A stretch of DNA of 57,242 nucleotides, filler included, from Jimgerdemannia flammicorona (lineage: Eukaryota): the NCBI GenBank assembly GCA_003990765.1. It is 2 parts of 2 records of this genome, joined end to end, with 100 filler letters (N's around TTAATTAATTAA, not from the genome) between each part and the next. Parts side by side here need not be neighbours in the genome. Positions count along the whole stretch, not along the records: positions 28,677 to 57,242 come from RBNJ01000551.1; 1 more part is not named here. One strand, 5' to 3'. Of this stretch, positions 51,905 to 57,242 are shown piece by piece. The position numbers and the translations under genes are program-made. The first letter of the stretch is position 1. Each line of letters begins with the position of its first letter. The notes under the pieces were generated by a model. The model was not told the DNA's origin and did not search any database. It was given only the letters and a program-made list of their open reading frames with translations.

Positions 51905-52369
51905 TATTTTATTTTATTTTTTATTTTATTTTATTTTTTTTAATAGATCCAAAGTTCCATGGATTTTATTAGAAGAGAATCTAGACTATATAGGCTGAAA
52001 CTCTCCCCTACTACTCCCTGAGTACTACTCTTATTAATCTAGACTAGCTATTATCCAGTAGCTTAATTATACCAGGTACAGAAGAGTATTGTTGCCTATA
52101 CCTTATTCTGTATACTATACTCTCCCTACTATTAAGGGAGAACAACCATATACCCACAACTGAGACATATATCTGAAGTCCCAACATATATATAAGGCCA
52201 TACTTAAGCTGAATAGAATAGTCTCTACCACTCTAAGAAGAATGACAGACAAAGAAAAACTCCCATCAAAGTACAGAACAATAGATAGGTTCTGATTCTC
52301 TCAGATGAGATAAGTAAGGACTTATATATGGGACAAGAGGAGACCTTTAATATCTCACTACTCAAGCCT
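51905..52369 (-). mobile_element. Possible 3' end of another decayed LINE with an (AATAA)n tail
   Basis: (TTATT)n tract at 51905-51941 and a CLSC motif at ~52153-52168 on the minus strand. Weak support. Confidence 0.3.
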
Positions 52370-54465
52370 TGTAAGCATACAACCTCCAAGCTACTGAAAT
52401 TACACATGACCTCTAAACAAATCTGGAAATCACCTGCTCAGTTAAAAAGCTGAGTCAAACTGAAGTCATAGTATACAAAGCTGAGTCAACACAAAGTCAT
52501 GAAATATAATTCATATAAACAGAATCTTACTAATCAGGACTAAATGCATATATACTAAGCACTGAGATATGACAAAACAAAGAACTAAAACAAACAACAA
52601 CTACAACTTCTGAATATACATAAACATGACCACTGAGATCTATAACCACATCTGCACTGACATTTGGAATGTTATTGTCAACCGAGCTACACCCCCTCTG
52701 CCCCTCATAAATATCCATAGTCTAGCATCTCTCTACTTTGTGGAAGCCCAATAGAATGCCCTGAATATGCTTAGCAAGGCCAACTGAATCAGACAAATCT
52801 CAAGCTACTACCAGATCAGCTGCCTCCTAGAAGATATAGTCAAACACTACTATGATATGGACATTACCTAGATGTCTCAATACTAGAAACTCATTGCCTG
52901 CAAATACCAAGAACTCTTTTACAAGTATAGCACCATTATTTCCTGCCTCTGAGTTACTACTACCAAAATGGTTACTACTCTATCTTATGGTCAAATCAAT
53001 GACATGATACAAAAACTCAACTACAAGTACCTTGAGTATGTCCAGACTACAGACAGAATCTTCCCACACCCCAATGACCATATCCTGCAAATGCCTCAAG
53101 TCAGATATACTATAAAGGATGTCTATGATATAATCTAGTTTGATAAAGATAAAGCAGAAGACAATAATCCCTCTAATGCTGATATGACCTCTAGCCAAGA
53201 ATCTCTACCAACCCTGATCACTCTGCCAACCTTGCCAATAAACTTACAACAGTTCATAACTACCTATGAGACCTATTGGGACAATGACCACTGGCATGAA
53301 TACCAACCTGCATTCACCCCCGATTACTTCAACTATAATAAAGAGACTGGAGAATACAACCTATACCTCCAGACAACCCTTGAGATTGAACCAACTACTC
53401 CACCATCTGAGTACAAGTGATATGAACCATAGCTGCCAGCTTACTACAACCCCATGACTCATAGTGCTATAACCTATAGAAGATATGCAGATAGTGAATT
53501 CGATGAAAGCGAAGATAATTCACCCCTCCTTCACCCACCAATACCTTATCCAGCATATGAGACAGATGATGCTATCCTGTGGGATAGTGATGAAGTCCCA
53601 ATATATTATTACCTCAGTGAACAAGGAGAAGTAATCCATGAACTACTCTTCCTAGATGACTACTTTATCAGAGATAATACCATTGATAGTGATGTCATCA
53701 AAGACTACCCAGACAGTGTCTAAAAATAGCTTAGCAGTCATAGTATAGTTAGATTAGCCTTGTATGATGTAACTGTAAACTGACTCAGCAGTCAGACAAT
53801 CTCTTGACATATCAGATCACACTTATACTATGTGACTGTATTCTGACTCTAAGTGCTATATCCATATTCAGTATAGTCCAGATAGCCCCTCACTAGTATA
53901 AATACCCCCTCTCCCAGACCTCAGAATCTCAGATCCAGACACCCAAGAATACTTCTGAATACTTCCCCACAATATCTCTTTATACAACTACTCCTAGTAT
54001 AGTAATATTATAAATAGTAAATAAACCTATTTAATAACCCATAAATCACTCTTAAGTAAATCCACTCCCCATTAGGTCTCACTCCTAATCCCATCACAAA
54101 ATTTCCTAATTGGGTATTGTCTGCAGCAATATACCAATTCAACTAAGCTGGTCTTAGTTTCTTGAACTTTCTGAAATACAGAAAATCCTGAATATCCAGA
54201 ACTAGTCCAAAAAAGGACTTTGGTTGAGATGTCAACCTGATCTTGAAATCAATAAGTGTAGAGGATGTACTCTATATGAAATTGACCTTGACCTTAAGAA
54301 AATAGTCTTCCAGAATATCCAGAACTTCCAGAAAACCCTTCCAGAACTACATAATGGTTACCCTAAAAAGCAACCCTCTTATAACTTAGTAGCAGCAGTT
54401 TACAATCTAATTCCACTTCAAGATGCTTCCTCATCTCACTACAAACTCCTCTGCAAATTCTTACA
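52370..54465 (+). repeat. 2096-bp LTR of family A
   Basis: Perfect 6-bp terminal inverted repeat; TATAAATACCCC at ~53897 and AATAAA at ~54020; three copies in the window. Confidence 0.88.
52569..53723 (+). pseudogene. LTR-embedded accessory ORF (384 aa reconstructed), family A
   Basis: One frame from ATG 52569 to TAA 53723, including track ORFs 53184 and 53454. Nine internal stops, all TGA/TAG; several read TGG/CAG in copy A2. Confidence 0.82.
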
Positions 54466-54489
54466 AGTTGGTATAAAGCCCAACCTCTG

Positions 54490-56430
54490 AACTGGAATTT
54501 ATCCTGAACCATCTGACAATCTGAAGAGAATTGAACCTGATGTACAAGGACAATTTGACCTCCATACCTATAACAAGTGGGACAAACTTCACTTAAAGAA
54601 AGAAGTACTCTGATTAAATCAGCAGATAGGTAAAACCCTATTTACTGAACTCCTTGCTCTACACCCAGCAAGTCAAGACAAAGAAGGTCTTATAGAAGTC
54701 TTCTTTACTCTTCTCAACAAGAGTTTTGTCAGCTCTACAAATCCAAGTGACTTAGGACAACCATCAGCAGTCTTTCTAGTCTTAGTCTCTCACAAAGCCC
54801 AAGCCTCTGTAGCCAAGTGGCTCAACTCTATCAACTTTCACTACACTAGGACCAAGACCATGTTATACTACTAATTCCAGAACAGTAAGGCCTGCTATAT
54901 TCTTAAAGAAGAAGTAAGAGAAACCCTTTACCAACTATCTGACCCTGAACCAGAAGCAGGCCCAGCTACAGCTCTATCTGAACCAGAAACCAATACTAAA
55001 CCAGAACTTGACTTTGAATTAAGTCTATCCAAAATCAGATATATAACTAATTCTGTCTACTTTGATGCCAAGCAAACCCAACTACATGAGGACCAAACTG
55101 AAGAGGAGGAGGAGTATCTTAGTGAATTTGATCCCAGATATACCACTGAAGGAGATGTACCTCTATCAGGACAGAATACACCAACACAGTAACAAATAGC
55201 TATCTATCAAGCCCTTACTCCAGATCCACAACTATTACTCCAGCAACTTACACAGACTCAAAGAACCCCATCACACTCTGCACTAGTATCTCAAGTAGTA
55301 TCAGTAACACCACTATCAGTAGTCCAACCACCTCTAGTAAACAATATGGTGAACCAATAGATTCTAGATCTCACAGCTCAGGTAGTCATAATAGCAGCAA
55401 CTATTACTACCTTAGCTGAACAGACCTGACCTACTAAAAATCTGAACCTATCTACCTTCAATGATACTACACAAGAAGTCCAAAACTTCATTAGTATAGT
55501 TGACACCAACTTCAAAGTCAATCAATAGACCAATAAGTGAGTTTCTGACCACCTTCTGACAAACAACCAAGACCACACTCTAGAACAACTCTTTGCTATC
55601 ACTATAGCCTATGTCTGCTGAGTTGTTACATTCTTCTGAGGACCTGCTGAAGAATGGTGGTGAACCCTTCCTGAGAAATCCCTTACATGGGATACCTGAC
55701 CTACAGTAGTTACCCAAAATGCAGCAAACAATACCCCAGGATATGGAGCCCATCCTGCAGCTCCTGGACTGAAATAACTAATAATTGCTCAATATCACAG
55801 TAAAATCATAATTGCTGAATCTTAAGTATAACTCTGCAACCTCAAATTTGATGTATATAGTAAGGAAGAATTCGAAACTTTCTATATAAAACTTGAGTCA
55901 CTCCTGAACACTGTTGGCCTAGAATACATTGCCAATGACAAAGCATGAAATGGTACAAGAGCAGACTATCTATTTGATGCCCTGCCTAAATAGCTTACCA
56001 GAAAAATCCAAGAACAAGGCTGCCCAGTTGGTTGTGACCACCAACAATGGTACCTAGCAAGAATCAAGACCATGGTCAAGTAAATTCTAACAGCTGGACC
56101 AATTCTACCCTAAAGACAATTCAACAACAAGGAAAAGACTTGGACCAAGAAAGAAGAACCCAAGCATGAAGCATCCCAAACTCCCTCAACATCTACCTCA
56201 TGGATACCCAGAAATCATGAACCCACCCAGCTGAGTACCTTCAAAAAACTCACTAAAGGAGAAAGGAATGAACTTTGAAGAAGTGGAGCATGCTTCTATT
56301 GCTGAAAGACAGGATACATGGCCAGTGCCTGCCCTAACTGAAAACCCTGAACAGTGACATGAGCAACTGTTACTACTCTATACTACATACCTCAATAACC
56401 TGACTACCAGAACACTGGATTTTGTTAAGT
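54490..56430 (+). pseudogene. gag: Gag of family A with a C-terminal CCHC knuckle; 5' end approximate
   Basis: STFNDTTQEVQNFISIVD..GPAEEWW..; CFYC*KTGYMASAC at 56291-56332. Confidence 0.75.
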
Positions 56431-56830
56431 TAAGACAAACTGCTAAACTCCAATCAAAGGAAGTCATAAGGCAGCTGGATATGACCTACATATATGTAGC
56501 CAAAGAAGCTACAGTTTCCAACTGAGAAGTCAAGCAAGTCTACACAGGAATCAGCATCCAAATCCCTGAAGGACATATAGAAAGAATATGCTATCACAGC
56601 AGCCTAGTACTGAAAGAACTTTCAGTAGAAGGAGGAGTCATTGATGAAGATTACACAGGCAAAATTATTGTCCTCATCTGAAACCATAGTTGGACACCTT
56701 TCAAGATCTCCATAGATTTCTGTATTGCCCAGATCCTATTTGAAAAAATTGAGTTAATCCTGACAGTCAAAGAAGTCCCTGAACTACTGTCCACCATCCA
56801 AGAATTCAAAGGATTTGGCTCATCAAACAA
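56416..56830 (+). pseudogene. dut: Retroelement dUTPase (family A)
   Basis: AAGYDL, YTGISIQIPEG, HSSL, VEGGVIDEDYTGKI, IAQILF, KGFGSS; all five dUTPase motifs. Confidence 0.92.
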
Positions 56831-56893
56831 GGCCCCAGCTAGTGCTCCGCAAACCCGACCCGATTAACCCGAAACCCGACCCGTAAAACAGCC

Positions 56894-57082
56894 AACCCGG
56901 AATTAGACGTCACCCGTCTTTAACCCAACCCGGAATTATACGTCACCCGTCTTTAACCCGACCCGGAATTATACGTCACCCGTCTTTAACCCGACCCAGA
57001 ATTGTACGTCACCCGTCTTTAACCCAACCCGGAATAATACGTCACCCGTCTTTAACCCGACCTGGAAATGTATGTCACCCGA
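56894..57082 (+). repeat. 33-bp tandem repeat (acccggaattatacgtcacccgtctttaacccg), ~5.7 units
   Basis: Units start at 56894, 56927, 56960, 56993, 57026 and 57059. Confidence 0.92.
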
Positions 57083-57107
57083 CCTGTTATTTACCCTTAA
57101 CCCAAAC

Positions 57108-57172
57108 CTGAACCCGACCCCTGAACCCGACCCTGAACCCGACCCCTGAACCCGACCCTGAACCCGACCCTC
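57108..57172 (+). repeat. 13-14 bp tandem repeat ctgaacccgaccc(c), ~5 units
   Basis: Directly visible. Confidence 0.9.
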
Positions 57173-57242
57173 TGAACTCTGCTCTGAAAAAATGATTCGG
57201 AAAATATTTGGATAATATTCAGAGTAATTGAAAGTGAAAAAT

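Larger units (their letters stand above)
52370..56839 (+). mobile_element. Family A LTR retrotransposon A3 (LTR-PBS-gag-CCHC-dUTPase), interrupted by a hAT-like element
   Basis: LTR TGTAAG...CTTACA, PBS-like TGGTATAAAGCC at 54469-54480, then gag, zinc knuckle and dUTPase. Confidence 0.9.
56840..57242. mobile_element. Left end of a young hAT-like element with subterminal ACCCG repeats
   Basis: Begins TAGTGCTC like the MITE at 45478, interrupts A3 abruptly, and its CpGs are largely intact. Confidence 0.7.

Noticed and set aside
56410..56435. GGATTTT as a programmed gag-dUTPase frameshift site
   Set aside because: Frames cannot be fixed in this decayed copy, and the apparent shift does not fit -1 slippage; a consensus is needed.
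56850..57175. Telomere-like (AACCC) repeats near the contig end
   Set aside because: The units are 33 and 13-14 bp rather than (TAACCC)n, they begin after a hAT-type terminus, and non-repeat sequence follows.

Overview
Eukaryotic, most likely fungal (inference), repeat-rich DNA. It appears to be two contigs (1-28576 and 28677-57242) joined by an artificial 100-nt N44-TTAATTAATTAA-N44 spacer. About 90% is a nest of decayed transposons. There are four minus-strand L1/Tx1-clade LINEs with intact 5' ends, several Ty3/gypsy-type LTR families (labelled A-E here, three of them carrying a dUTPase), and two hAT-type elements sharing TAGTGCTC termini. Most repeats show C>T/G>A erosion grading to extreme TpA-richness. 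A CpG-retaining host island (~11.3-16.65 kb) holds four paralogs (two intact) of an unrecognised ~170-aa intronless protein with an N-myristoylation motif. The most striking signal is in the ~2.1-kb LTRs of gypsy families A and C/D, which show no obvious DNA similarity to each other. Each carries a homologous ~385-codon sense ORF inside U3, upstream of the main TATA/AATAAA core. In C/D the ORF has its own upstream TATA, so the LTR looks like a self-contained gene. All alignments and translations were done by eye; boundaries of degenerate elements are approximate.
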